A stretch of DNA of 64,000 nucleotides from a virus. The translations under genes were made by a program, and so were the position numbers. The stretch is from positions 1 to 64,000 of the IMG/VR virus record IMGVR_UViG_3300050821_010639, one strand, 5' to 3'. Under the pieces are notes generated by a model that was given only the letters and a program-made list of their open reading frames with translations, searched no databases and was not told the DNA's origin. Positions 25,056-34,618 of this stretch are shown here, one piece after another. Each line of letters starts with the position of its first letter. Position 1 is the first letter of the stretch.

Positions 25056-25303
25056 GCCGTTCCTCCCGCGAGTTCGAGCTGCCGCTGTACCTCGGCCGCC
25101 TCGGCTTCTAGCTGCCGGTCCAGCTCAGCCAGCTTCTCCCTGGCCTGCCCGGCAGTGGTGACGCCGAACTCGGCCTCCAGGTCCTCGCGGACCGCAGCGG
25201 CGCGGGCGCCCGCCTGCTGCGCCTGCGCGTCGGCGCTGGCGTGCCGGCGCTGGGCGCTGGTGATGTCCTTCTGCAGTGCCGCTACCGTTTCTTCGATGGC
25301 CAT
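25052..25303 (-). CDS. Small coiled-coil protein
   Basis: MAIEETVAALQKD...LEAEFGV. Confidence 0.65.
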   Translation of the reverse strand: MAIEETVAALQKDITSAQRRHASADAQAQQAGARAAAVREDLEAEFGVTTAGQAREKLAELDRQLEAEAAEVQRQLELAGGTA

Positions 25304-25310
25304 GCCCTTA

Positions 25311-26135
25311 CTACGCCGCCGTGAGCGACAGGCGGCCGGGCCTGCCGCCGAGGCTGAACTTGGGGCAGGCGTGCTTGACAGGGCAGTACGCGCAGCCCGC
25401 GTTATCAGCTTTTGGGGCGAGGCGGCCCGCCCAGATGTCCTGGGCGGTCTTGGTGATCCGGCCCGCCATCTGGGCCACCGCGTCACGGTTCACCGTGACC
25501 GGGAGGACCCGCGTGTCGCACATGGGCTGGATGAGCCCGCTCATCGCCGGGAACTGCCCTTTCAGCACCTTGACCGCGATGGCGTAGAACGCCAGCTGGC
25601 CGAGCACCTTGCGGTAGTAGTTATTGTCGCGGGTGGCCTTCAGGTCCCAGACCGCGATGCGGCCCTCGCAGTCCCGCACCATGAGGTCCATCTCCCCGAT
25701 GAGGAGGACCTCGCGCATTGACCCGTCCAGGTACGGCACCATGATGGGCACCGAGAACCGCACCGCGGGCTGCCACTCGAACGGGATGGCGTACCTGAGC
25801 AGGATGGGCTCCAGCCGGCCGACCAGTTCCCGGCAGAAGTCAAGCGTCTCGCCCTTGTCGGTCAGCGACTTCCACCGGACGATGCCGTCGCCGGTGTCCT
25901 TCGCAATCTGCGCCGACTCCTCGAAGATCGCGTCCACCTGGGCAGCCATCCACCCCGGCTCGGGCTCCTCCTGGCTCAGCCAGCGGCGCATCGCGAGGTC
26001 GACCACGTTGCCGTGGAAGAAGTTCCGCACGTCCTGGACCGGGGACTTGTGCCTGCGCAGCAGGTCACCCTTGGCCGGGCACTCGTCGTGGTTTCGAATC
26101 CGGCTCCAGGAGATCCGCAGCGCCTGGTCGCTCAC
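25311..26135 (-). CDS. PD-(D/E)XK RecB/Cas4-like exonuclease
   Basis: GEMDL..WDLK, QLAFY, CAYCPVKHAC. Confidence 0.85.
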   Translation of the reverse strand: MSDQALRISWSRIRNHDECPAKGDLLRRHKSPVQDVRNFFHGNVVDLAMRRWLSQEEPEPGWMAAQVDAIFEESAQIAKDTGDGIVRWKSLTDKGETLDFCRELVGRLEPILLRYAIPFEWQPAVRFSVPIMVPYLDGSMREVLLIGEMDLMVRDCEGRIAVWDLKATRDNNYYRKVLGQLAFYAIAVKVLKGQFPAMSGLIQPMCDTRVLPVTVNRDAVAQMAGRITKTAQDIWAGRLAPKADNAGCAYCPVKHACPKFSLGGRPGRLSLTAA

Positions 26136-26647
26136 AGGCCGCCGCCCATGCCGTCGTGCCGGCCGCGCCGGAACTTCTCCTCGTCCTCGGGATAGCGGGG
26201 GTTGACCACGATGACCGGCGTGCCGGTCTCCTTCTCGATGTCGGCCGCGACCTCCGGGTGATCCTCGTATCCGAACAGCACGTCGATGCCGAGGGCCTGC
26301 AGCTCACGGATGTACCCGATCTTGATCTCGGCGTTGTTCCGCCTGTCGCCCGGCGGGCGCTGCCGCAGGCTGTCGTACGGTACCCGGTGCCGGTCCAGCC
26401 ACTGCAGGGAGACCTGCCGGGAGGATTCCGCGCTACCGGAGAAGACGTGCACCTGATGATGCAGGTAGTGCACCCGCGCGGCGGCCACGGGGCCGGCAAT
26501 GGGCGTGTCGCCGGTCCGCGCGGCGCAGTAGGCGTCCCAGGTCGAATCCGGGTCGGCCATCGGGCTCAGGTGCCACCTGTGCCGGGTGTGCGCCAGAGTC
26601 GAGTCAAAGTCGAACCAGACCGCGGTCCTCAGCTCCAAGCGGTTCAA
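26132..26647 (-). CDS. HAD-family phosphatase (PNKP 3'-phosphatase-like)
   Basis: FDFDSTL, FSG, R..GDRR..AEIK, YEDHP. Confidence 0.75.
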   Translation of the reverse strand: MNRLELRTAVWFDFDSTLAHTRHRWHLSPMADPDSTWDAYCAARTGDTPIAGPVAAARVHYLHHQVHVFSGSAESSRQVSLQWLDRHRVPYDSLRQRPPGDRRNNAEIKIGYIRELQALGIDVLFGYEDHPEVAADIEKETGTPVIVVNPRYPEDEEKFRRGRHDGMGGGL

Positions 26648-27624
26648 CGCGTTCCTCCCTGCTGGGCCATCAGAAGCTCCTCGGCCTTGTCTGCGACCTC
26701 GCGGTCGGCCACCGTCTCGCGGATGTGGCTGACCACCGACTCCACGGACAGCAGCCCCAGCACCGCAGCCTCCACCCCGGCCCGGAATCCGTTCAGGCGG
26801 AGTTTCCTGGTGGCCTCCTGCGCATGCTCCTGCAGCCGGAACACCTCCGACGCGGGCTTCGCCTTCAGCGGCACGAACTCGAATCCGCCGACAGCGCTGT
26901 CCCACAGCGCGCACCCGACCTGGCGCTTACGGTTGTACTCGTCCAGGCTGCCCCGGCTCAGTGCCCCGAAGTTGCAGAACGTCACGCCCGTGCCGGTGCC
27001 GTAGCGCCAGACCCCGTGCGGCTCGTGAATGTGACCGTAGACAATGCTCCCGCACACGTCCATCGAGCCCGACCACCACTCCGCCGGGGCGTACTCGGCC
27101 CCGGCGTAGCCCGGCTCAGACCCCGGCGGGTAGATCGGGGCGTGCGTGACGATGAGCCCGCCATGCTGGGCGTACTCATCCTCGCGGTACCCGCGCAGGG
27201 CCTCCCGAACGCCTTCCGCGCTCCACGACTGCTGCCACGGGACGCCGTACAGGTGCGGGAACTCAGCGCTCCGGCCCTCCAGGCGACGCGCGCCGGCCAG
27301 GTAGAGCACGCCGAGCGGCTGAGTGGCCTCGATCGTGTCAAGCCGGTCATACTGGATGTCGTGGTTGCCCGGCACAATGAACAGCGGGCACGGGTGGGCG
27401 CTGATGACCTCGATGAGGTCCTGGACCACGCCGTGGTCGGTTCTCGCCGGGGCCTTGTGGTGGAAGACGTCACCAGCCCACACCACGGCGCGGACATCGC
27501 GGTCGCAGGCTACGTCGACCGTCTGGTGCAGCAAGTCCAGCAGGTCGGGCCAGTAGGTCTCGGTACAGCTGCTCGGCGGTCGCCTGGTGGCGTGGATGTC
27601 GTTGACGATCAGGTACTTGGCCAC
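26644..27624 (-). CDS. Mre11/SbcD-like metallophosphoesterase nuclease
   Basis: DIH, GDVFH, GNHD, GHIH. Confidence 0.85.
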   Translation of the reverse strand: MAKYLIVNDIHATRRPPSSCTETYWPDLLDLLHQTVDVACDRDVRAVVWAGDVFHHKAPARTDHGVVQDLIEVISAHPCPLFIVPGNHDIQYDRLDTIEATQPLGVLYLAGARRLEGRSAEFPHLYGVPWQQSWSAEGVREALRGYREDEYAQHGGLIVTHAPIYPPGSEPGYAGAEYAPAEWWSGSMDVCGSIVYGHIHEPHGVWRYGTGTGVTFCNFGALSRGSLDEYNRKRQVGCALWDSAVGGFEFVPLKAKPASEVFRLQEHAQEATRKLRLNGFRAGVEAAVLGLLSVESVVSHIRETVADREVADKAEELLMAQQGGTR

Positions 27625-27639
27625 ACCCCTTACTACGGC

Positions 27640-28644
27640 TCAGGTCGTGCTGAACGTCACCGGCACCCACGGGCCCGCGTGACCGTCGTCCGCGGCGAGC
27701 CTGGCGCGCACCCCGGCGGTGTACTGCGTCTTGCGCGCCAGCGAGCCGCCCTGCCACACCTCAGGGTTGGCCCCTTTCGCCGGGTGCCGCGGGTAGCTCC
27801 CCACCTCCGGCCCGGCCAGGCTCGGCCCCAGCGCGACAGCGACGTCGTACTCCTCGATCCCCGGCATCGGGGCCTGGTTCGGCACCGGCGCGGGGGCGGT
27901 CCACGTCAGCTTCACGCTGGTGTCACCGCCATCCGCCGTCAGCGCGCGCACCGGCGGGTACACCCAGCCGGGCGGAAGCGGCGCGGGGGCGGGGTTCGCC
28001 CAGCGGGCCAGCGCGGCCTCGTCGCCGGCGAAGTAGTCCATGTCCCCGCCGCCGGCCCCGGTGGCCCCGTTCTGCCAGAACGTCCACGACTTCCACGGGG
28101 AGACACTGGCCGGCGGACTGCCCGCGTAGAACGCGATGAACAGCGGGTAGCCCGAGCACGGCGTGAGCAGGTTCTGCGCCATGAACAGGCTGCTGTAGAG
28201 CAGCACCTTGCACTGCGGGGCGGCAGCCGCGACGTCCTGCAGAAACTGCAGCGCTCCGGAGCCGACGCCGCCAGCGGTGAACCCCGGCGGGAGCGCCTTC
28301 AGCTCCGTGTGCATGCGACGGGCGGCGTTCTCGGTGCCGTGGCCCTCGAAGCCGTCGGCGCCGACCGAGATCTCCACGTCCGCGATGAGCACCCGCGGCC
28401 GGTGAGGCTGGGCGTTCACCACCGACATGAAGAACTGCGCCTGGCGGGCCGCGCTGTCTGCCGGGTGAAAGAAGTGGTAAGCCCCGAAGACCTTGCCCTC
28501 AGCCGCCGCGTTGGCCGCGTTGGCCGCGTACGTGGGGTCCGACCAGCCGGCCCCCTCCGTGGCCTTGGCGAAGGCAAAGGCGTCGCCGCCCCAGCCCTGT
28601 ACCGCCTGAAAGCTGCTCCGGTCTTCTCCGACCGCGTTGGACAT
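27640..28644 (-). CDS. GH25 muramidase (endolysin) with C-terminal FN3-like domain
   Basis: DRSSFQ, KATEG, GAYHFF, ADVE, WTFWQ, DMDYF. Confidence 0.85.
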   Translation of the reverse strand: MSNAVGEDRSSFQAVQGWGGDAFAFAKATEGAGWSDPTYAANAANAAAEGKVFGAYHFFHPADSAARQAQFFMSVVNAQPHRPRVLIADVEISVGADGFEGHGTENAARRMHTELKALPPGFTAGGVGSGALQFLQDVAAAAPQCKVLLYSSLFMAQNLLTPCSGYPLFIAFYAGSPPASVSPWKSWTFWQNGATGAGGGDMDYFAGDEAALARWANPAPAPLPPGWVYPPVRALTADGGDTSVKLTWTAPAPVPNQAPMPGIEEYDVAVALGPSLAGPEVGSYPRHPAKGANPEVWQGGSLARKTQYTAGVRARLAADDGHAGPWVPVTFSTT

Positions 28645-28680
28645 CCTGGCCTCCTGCCTCTCGGCAGGGGGAATCGGGAG

Positions 28681-29640
28681 CTAGGCGACGGCCTGCCTGC
28701 AGACCGGGCAGTGCCCGGCGTCGGCAAGGGCCCGGTGGATGGCAGCCTCTGCCGCCACCTCGTCCCGGCGGGCCTGCCCGGCCTGCGACCGGAAGCGGAT
28801 CGCGTCGCCCTCAGCGGCGGCCAGGCCGCCGGCCAGCTCGCGCAGCCGGGCACGGCGAACGGCCAGCTCCTCCAGGCGGCTGGTCGACGGCGGAGCGCGG
28901 CGGGCAGCCTCGGCCCTGGCTGCGGCAGCTGCGGCCTCAGCTACCTCCAGGCGGCCCAGCAGGGCCCGCAGCCGCTCGGCCCTGGCCGACGTGGCCTGAG
29001 CAACGGCCAGGGCCTCCTCAGCCGCGGTACAGGCCGCACGGCGCTCTCTGATCCCGGCGAACTCCTGGGCTTCCTCCAGCAGGGCCTTGCGCCGGGACCG
29101 GGCCGCGTCCAGCTCCCGGTCCGCCTGCTTGCGGACCCGGCCAGCCTCGGCAGCGGCCCCGAGCACCAGGGAGACGTTGGTCAGGTCGCCCAATCTCCTG
29201 GCAATCTCCGTGCCCGGCAGGCTCAGCAGGTAAGGCGGGTCGAGCTGGCGGGCGAAGTTCAGCTCGGTCAGCCCCAGCAGCTCGGACACCTGCGGCGGCA
29301 CCTGGCTGTTCAGCTTGGTGTACGTGCAGGCGGTCCAGCCCTCACCGTCCTTGACCGGGGTCGGCACCAGCCGGGCCACCCGGTACTCGTTCTTCCCGCC
29401 CCGCGCGGCCGAGCGGGTGACCCGCGCGATGAACCGGCCGTCGCCGGCCGACACGCTGCACGACGCCTGCCCGCGGCTGACGTAGGAGGTTCCCCGGGCG
29501 TTGCGGGCGAGTAGCAGCACGGCGCGGAACAGCGCGCTCTTGCCCGAGCCGGTCGGCCCGGTGATGACGGTGAACTTACCGAGCGCGATGTCCGCCTGGC
29601 GCAGGCTCTGGTAGTTGCGGACCTCGATGCGGTTCAGCAT
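28681..29640 (-). CDS. Rad50/SbcC-like ATPase N-terminal half with zinc hook
   Basis: IEVRNYQS, GPTGSGKS, NFARQ, coiled coil, terminal CPVC. Confidence 0.85.
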   Translation of the reverse strand: MLNRIEVRNYQSLRQADIALGKFTVITGPTGSGKSALFRAVLLLARNARGTSYVSRGQASCSVSAGDGRFIARVTRSAARGGKNEYRVARLVPTPVKDGEGWTACTYTKLNSQVPPQVSELLGLTELNFARQLDPPYLLSLPGTEIARRLGDLTNVSLVLGAAAEAGRVRKQADRELDAARSRRKALLEEAQEFAGIRERRAACTAAEEALAVAQATSARAERLRALLGRLEVAEAAAAAARAEAARRAPPSTSRLEELAVRRARLRELAGGLAAAEGDAIRFRSQAGQARRDEVAAEAAIHRALADAGHCPVCRQAVA

Positions 29641-29806
29641 GCTTACCAGTACGCCCTCTCTCGAACCGGACCGGGAGCATCGGGACGATGACCAGGTAGC
29701 TGGCGCCCTCGCCGTGGAAGTAGCCGAGCCACAGGTCCCTGGGCTCGAACCACAGGGAAACCCGCCTGTCCGGGGACAGGCGGGTCTTCAGGTCCCAGAA
29801 GCTCAC
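29576..29806 (-). CDS. Small hypothetical protein
   Basis: FEPRDLWLG motif. Confidence 0.5.
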   Translation of the reverse strand: MSFWDLKTRLSPDRRVSLWFEPRDLWLGYFHGEGASYLVIVPMLPVRFERGRTGKHAEPHRGPQLPEPAPGGHRAR

Positions 29807-30144
29807 CCGTCGTCGCTCACGTGGGAGCTGACGTGCGAGGTGTGCCCCTCGTCGTCGCTGCCCCCGCCGAAAACGCCGTGCGAGACACGCGGGTCGTCGT
29901 CAGCAGACCCGTAGGTGGCGCGCGCGCCCTCGTCGTAGTAGCCGCCGACCCTCGCCCGCCGCCACACCGAGTAGGGCACGTACTGCGGCTGCTGGCCGGC
30001 GATGCACAGCTCGTACCTGACGGCTCCGGCAACCCCGGTCTGCCTCACGCAGGTGATGTTGTCCCGCGTAGCGGTGGCGTCGTTGAGCCAGAAGAGCCCG
30101 AGGATAAGGCCGATGACAATGAGGGCTGCGGCCAGCCTGGCCAT
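29803..30144 (-). CDS. Membrane-anchored hypothetical protein
   Basis: N-terminal TM MARLAAALIVIGLILG. Confidence 0.6.
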   Translation of the reverse strand: MARLAAALIVIGLILGLFWLNDATATRDNITCVRQTGVAGAVRYELCIAGQQPQYVPYSVWRRARVGGYYDEGARATYGSADDDPRVSHGVFGGGSDDEGHTSHVSSHVSDDG

Positions 30145-30146
30145 TG

Positions 30147-31172
30147 TCAGGCCCCCGCGCTGAAGTAGGGAACGGCGATGCCGGCCGAGCCGATGAGGTA
30201 GTGGCCGATGAAGCCGACGACCACGAGCACGAGCACCACGAAGCAGACGAAGGCGACAGCCCGGCCGTGCGCGTTGTGCACGCTGACCTCGGTGTTGGAC
30301 CTCCACAGCTTGGCGAACCGCTCGCGCATCACCGGCGGCGTCAGCGGCAGCCTGATGACCCACGGGATGATGTGCCAGCCCTTGCGGTCGAACTCGACCG
30401 CGGTCATCGGGCTCACCCCGCAGTCATTGACGATGCCCTGCTTGCGGTCAATGGTCCGGTCAAGGATGCCGCCCTGCAGCGTGGCCCCCACCGGCGCCCA
30501 GTACGCCTGCACGATGCGCTTGATGACGAAGGCGGGCAGGAGGACGCCGAGGCTCCAGCGGCCCAGCCAAGCCGAGTGCTTCAGCTTCCACGCCGGGTGC
30601 CCCTGCGCGGAGACCGCCCAGTGCCAGATGTCGGGGAAGGCGAAGTCGACCAGCCAGACCGACAGCGCGCCAAGGGCGAAGGTCGCGAAGACGATGACCA
30701 CCGGCGAAACGATGATCCGCCGCGTGGACACCGGCTTGTACCTGTCCTTGGCGAGCAGGGTCTGCACGGCCAGCAGGGCGAACACCGGCTCAGGGATGTC
30801 GCGGAAGGCGGCGTGCCGGAACGCTGGCCACACGGGGCCGGGGAACAGGTTGTCCCACCAGCCCTTGAGCGACCCGCCGCCGTGCACCCCGAACCAGCCG
30901 AACGGCATGTGCCAGTAGACCTCGAACAGGCCGAAGTACACCCCGGCGATAGCGCACGCGCCGACAAAGCCGGCCGCAATACCCCAGTACGTCATCTGGA
31001 TGAACCGGAGGCGAACGTTCTCCCCGGTCAGCAGCGTGTGCTCAGACTCACCCAGTGCCTCGCGAGCGGCCCTGATGTCCTCGCGCCACAAGTGCCAAGC
31101 CTCACGCGGGTGGCGAGCGCGGTAGAGCCAGCCGGGCCGCTCCCCGGCAACCGGGCTGAGCAGCGCGGTCAC
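30147..31172 (-). CDS. Multi-pass membrane protein
   Basis: Several hydrophobic helices. Confidence 0.7.
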   Translation of the reverse strand: MTALLSPVAGERPGWLYRARHPREAWHLWREDIRAAREALGESEHTLLTGENVRLRFIQMTYWGIAAGFVGACAIAGVYFGLFEVYWHMPFGWFGVHGGGSLKGWWDNLFPGPVWPAFRHAAFRDIPEPVFALLAVQTLLAKDRYKPVSTRRIIVSPVVIVFATFALGALSVWLVDFAFPDIWHWAVSAQGHPAWKLKHSAWLGRWSLGVLLPAFVIKRIVQAYWAPVGATLQGGILDRTIDRKQGIVNDCGVSPMTAVEFDRKGWHIIPWVIRLPLTPPVMRERFAKLWRSNTEVSVHNAHGRAVAFVCFVVLVLVVVGFIGHYLIGSAGIAVPYFSAGA

Positions 31173-31576
31173 GACTGGTTCGCTTCGATGATCCTCGGCA
31201 GGGTGACCTCGAAGTAGGTCACCCTGGCCGGGTGCCCGCCAGATACCATGTGCGCCTTCTCGAACGCGGCCAGTGCCTGGGTCTCGACCACCGGGCGCCT
31301 GGCCTTCGGCACGCCGCACTTGGCGAACAGCGCGGCCCGGCCGACCTTGGAGGTCATGTCCTTGGCCGCGGCGATCTGCCCGGCCGCGGTCGTCGTCCCG
31401 CACTTGGCGGAGATGACCGCCAGGTTCGCCTTGGCCACAGCGGCAGCCGATCCGGTAGCCAGTGCCGAGGCTTTCGCCGCGTCAGCTGACTTGTGCCCGC
31501 CGCACCCGGCCAGCGCGGCGGGCAGGGCAATGCCTGCCACCGCCAGCGCGGTAAGTCTCCTGCCGTTCTTCCCCAT
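31169..31576 (-). CDS. Lipoprotein
   Basis: Signal peptide with lipobox LAG-C. Confidence 0.7.
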   Translation of the reverse strand: MGKNGRRLTALAVAGIALPAALAGCGGHKSADAAKASALATGSAAAVAKANLAVISAKCGTTTAAGQIAAAKDMTSKVGRAALFAKCGVPKARRPVVETQALAAFEKAHMVSGGHPARVTYFEVTLPRIIEANQS

Positions 31577-31629
31577 CCGTTTTCTCCCGTCCGAGTTATC
31601 AGAGAATGGTCCTGCACCCACTGCTACGG

Positions 31630-31842
31630 CTAGCCCGCCTCAGTCCGAAACGAGTAGCCCGGCCACGAGGCCGTAAAGACGTGCCCGCCCTCCGGGCACA
31701 ACTGCACTGAGTCCTCGGGAGACTCTTCCATCGGGTCCTGGGGCTCTTCCCAGGTGCCCTCGAACTCGAAGCCGCACGCCTGCCCGTCCCGCCCGGGACA
31801 GGCGATGACGGCGACCAGGATCTTCGCCTGCTCAGCCGGCAT
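31630..31842 (-). CDS. Small Cys/His protein
   Basis: MPAEQAKIL...CP..CG...CPEGGH. Confidence 0.5.
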   Translation of the reverse strand: MPAEQAKILVAVIACPGRDGQACGFEFEGTWEEPQDPMEESPEDSVQLCPEGGHVFTASWPGYSFRTEAG

Positions 31843-32044
31843 GGCCGACTCCGTGGGCCAGGGCGCTGCGCACGTCATCGCGCAGCCTGGTCTTGAGAAC
31901 CGGCATGCGGATATCCGTGTTCTGCACGCATTCAAACAAGTAGTGCTTATCCGAGCCAGTCCGGTAAACACGCCAGCGGAAGCCGTGCGCGCCATTGACC
32001 TCAGCCACGTACTGCTTAACCTGCAATTCCGGCGGAAACACCAT
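31832..32044 (-). CDS. Hypothetical protein
   Basis: 70-aa ORF in operon. Confidence 0.5.
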   Translation of the reverse strand: MVFPPELQVKQYVAEVNGAHGFRWRVYRTGSDKHYLFECVQNTDIRMPVLKTRLRDDVRSALAHGVGHAG

Positions 32045-33121
32045 TCACCTCGCCACTCGGTAGACGGTCTCGGGCACAGCCTTGAGCGGTGCGCCCGACG
32101 GGCCCTTGACGTAAGCCCGCACCCGCGTGATGCGGGTGCGGCAGACCGCGCAGTGCCCCTTGTCGCCCTCCATGGGTACCGCGTGGTGGGGCCCGTGCGC
32201 GGCCGAATAGTCCTCCAGGTGACGAGAATGAGCCTGGACCACCCACTGGCAGCTCCAGTCAATGTCCCGGTGGGCTACCTCGCGGTCATCGATCCGGATG
32301 CGCCGCAGCGTCACCACGTTGACCGCGGAACCGCCGATCGAGCGAGCCGCCCGCCGCCGGGCCGGACGCTCAACCTGCGGCTGGGCCGAGGCAACGATCT
32401 CGGTCCCCATGAACATCCACAGAGTGTGGGCCCAGCGGGTGATGTCGTCCGCGGTTACGTCATCAGCTTCGATACGACGCCGGCCCAGCGGGTAGTCAAA
32501 CGGCACGAACGCTGAGTGCGAGATCGACAGCGGCATGCCCATGGAGCGCAGCCGGCTGGCCATCTCCGGAACCGTGTTGGAGTCAGCGTCATCAACGTGC
32601 GAGTACGAGGTGAGCCGTACGCCGTCCCGGCTGGAGCCGGTCTCCGGCGGCGGCCAGTCACCGCCCAGGAAGTCTTCCGGTATGTGCTGCGGGCCCCAGG
32701 ACAGCGCCCTGGTGGCGATGCTGTATCCCCCGGCGTCGGTCAGGACGATGGGCGAGTCCAGCCAGGCGAAACCTGCGGGTGACGGCACGTCCCCGGCCCG
32801 CAGGTTCACGGTCTGGTGAGCTGTCGCCTCGTAAGTGGCCATGACCGCAGCCACGATGTCCGCCGACACCTGGTAGGTCGGGGCCCCGTACAGCGGGCGG
32901 CGCACCATGGCCAGGAAATCCGCCTCGTCATGTGACGGCGCGAACATCTGCAGCCATCGGGCGAGCAGGTCCCGGTCTCCGTTGTCAGCGCCCTCCATCG
33001 AGCGGAAAGCGCGCTCAGAGAAGAACGACCGGTAAAAGTCGACAACCGGCTGCGGCGGGTACTTGAGGCGCTCGTACAGCGTCGTGTGCGCGTCCAGCAC
33101 CTCGCGAGGGGCGGTCACCAC
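32045..33121 (-). CDS. Hypothetical phage protein
   Basis: 358 aa; C-terminal WVVQAHSR...YVKGP. Confidence 0.7.
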   Translation of the reverse strand: MVTAPREVLDAHTTLYERLKYPPQPVVDFYRSFFSERAFRSMEGADNGDRDLLARWLQMFAPSHDEADFLAMVRRPLYGAPTYQVSADIVAAVMATYEATAHQTVNLRAGDVPSPAGFAWLDSPIVLTDAGGYSIATRALSWGPQHIPEDFLGGDWPPPETGSSRDGVRLTSYSHVDDADSNTVPEMASRLRSMGMPLSISHSAFVPFDYPLGRRRIEADDVTADDITRWAHTLWMFMGTEIVASAQPQVERPARRRAARSIGGSAVNVVTLRRIRIDDREVAHRDIDWSCQWVVQAHSRHLEDYSAAHGPHHAVPMEGDKGHCAVCRTRITRVRAYVKGPSGAPLKAVPETVYRVAR

Positions 33122-33296
33122 TCCCCGTTCGCGTGCTCGTCAAGATGCCGCTGCTTTGCTTCCTCGGCCGACACCCGATCCCAGAACTCCTCATCAGGCT
33201 CAACACCTGCTCCGCACACGTTGCAGTCAACGAGGTACTGACGCCGGATGACTACCCTCACAGCAGGAATCTTCACACTCCGACTCTACTCACTCT

Positions 33297-33312
33297 CTTG
33301 ACTAGGGTCAAG
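33297..33312. promoter_or_regulatory. Palindrome CTTGACTAGGGTCAAG
   Basis: Intergenic copy of recurring operator. Confidence 0.65.
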
Positions 33313-33374
33313 CAATAGAAATGGCTCGGCGGGGCCCCGGACGCGTCGTTCGCGCCAGGGCCCCGCCGCGTCTC

Positions 33375-34562
33375 TCAGGAAGCCTCGGGAGCTTCCCAGT
33401 CCTCGGGCAGCAGGCGGCGGCACCCGTTCCTGATGGAGCCGTCACACATGCCGCCGCCCTGGTGAACGATGAACCCGGCCAGGTCGTGCACGGTACGCAC
33501 GTCCCGCCAGGTCGAGCCGTCCAGGTTGGCGGCCTCAGCCGACACCGCGGCCAGGTCGTACATGGACACGTCGGCGACCGGAGTCTCCTCCAGGTCGGTG
33601 ACGATCCGCAGCTGCAAGTCCCTGCTGACCGGGGACAGGCGGAAATACTGCTCCATGACCGAGCCGTACTCGCCGTCCACGATGTGGTCGGGCAGCGCCC
33701 GCAGCCCGGCGAACGCCGACTCGATCCCGCCAAGGATCTCCTCAGCCGCCTCGCCGGCCCAGTTGTAGGCAGCCTGCGGCGTGGACCCGCGGCGGCTGAA
33801 CCCGGCGCCGGCACGGTCCCAGTCGACCAGGCCCGCCAGGGTCGCGAACCGGAACAGGTACCCGGACACGGTGGTCTGCTTCAGCCCGATGAGGCTGTTG
33901 CTGACCTCGATGCCGAAGCACCAGGCGTCATCCTCGGTGCCCGTCCCGATGACCACCTGCTGGGCCAGCGGGATGACGACCCGGAAGCTGGTGTGCTCCA
34001 GGTCGTGGAACAGCTTGTAGTCCACCAGCGCGCTGTCAGCGGCCTCGCTGCCCAGCTTGGCCCGGACGGCCAGCAGCACGACGTTCAGCAGCTCCACGTT
34101 GGAGAACGGCTCGACCGTGGCACGGGCCTGCGCCACGGCCAGCGGGACGTCCTCGGTGTCTCCCTCGTCGCGCCCAGTGCCGGCGACCAGCATCTTCAGC
34201 TCGATGCCGTCGCCGCTCTTCTTGCGCAGGCCCTCGGTGAGCGCCCAAGTGACGTTGGCCGACAGCATCTCGGGCGGCAGCCACTCGGCGTACTTCTGGT
34301 TGACCCGCGCCACCGAGCCGATGTGCGAGGCGCACTGGCGGGTGAGCTGGTAAACCGTGCCGTCGGGCACCGTGAGCCACGCCGACGACGGGCCGGTCAG
34401 CTCGCCGTCGGGCCACCCCTTGCCGTAGTGCATCTCGATGCCCGGCTCGCAGGTGTAGAAGGTGATGAAGTCAAGCGGCTCGGTGACCGCCAGGCGCTCC
34501 CGGGCCTCGTCCACGGTGAGCATCTGGTCGGCCGCCGGGAAGGGGACGGTGGTGAAGTCCAC
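33375..34562 (-). CDS. DUF932-like phage protein
   Basis: FGIEVSNS..G...VSGYLFRF; GTG start with GGAGG RBS. Confidence 0.6.
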   Translation of the reverse strand: MDFTTVPFPAADQMLTVDEARERLAVTEPLDFITFYTCEPGIEMHYGKGWPDGELTGPSSAWLTVPDGTVYQLTRQCASHIGSVARVNQKYAEWLPPEMLSANVTWALTEGLRKKSGDGIELKMLVAGTGRDEGDTEDVPLAVAQARATVEPFSNVELLNVVLLAVRAKLGSEAADSALVDYKLFHDLEHTSFRVVIPLAQQVVIGTGTEDDAWCFGIEVSNSLIGLKQTTVSGYLFRFATLAGLVDWDRAGAGFSRRGSTPQAAYNWAGEAAEEILGGIESAFAGLRALPDHIVDGEYGSVMEQYFRLSPVSRDLQLRIVTDLEETPVADVSMYDLAAVSAEAANLDGSTWRDVRTVHDLAGFIVHQGGGMCDGSIRNGCRRLLPEDWEAPEAS

Positions 34563-34618
34563 CTCTTTGCCTCCTCGTGTTGGTCTGACTCCACCTACTA
34601 CGGCCGGAGCGCTTTTTA

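Noticed and set aside
25311-26135. Cas4 as evidence of CRISPR-Cas
   Set aside because: Solo RecB-like nuclease in a replication cluster; no cas1/cas2 or array.
26725-29514. Long + strand ORFs (929 aa here; also 19635-21413 and 57407-59614)
   Set aside because: Antisense shadows of well-supported minus-strand genes, expected at high GC.
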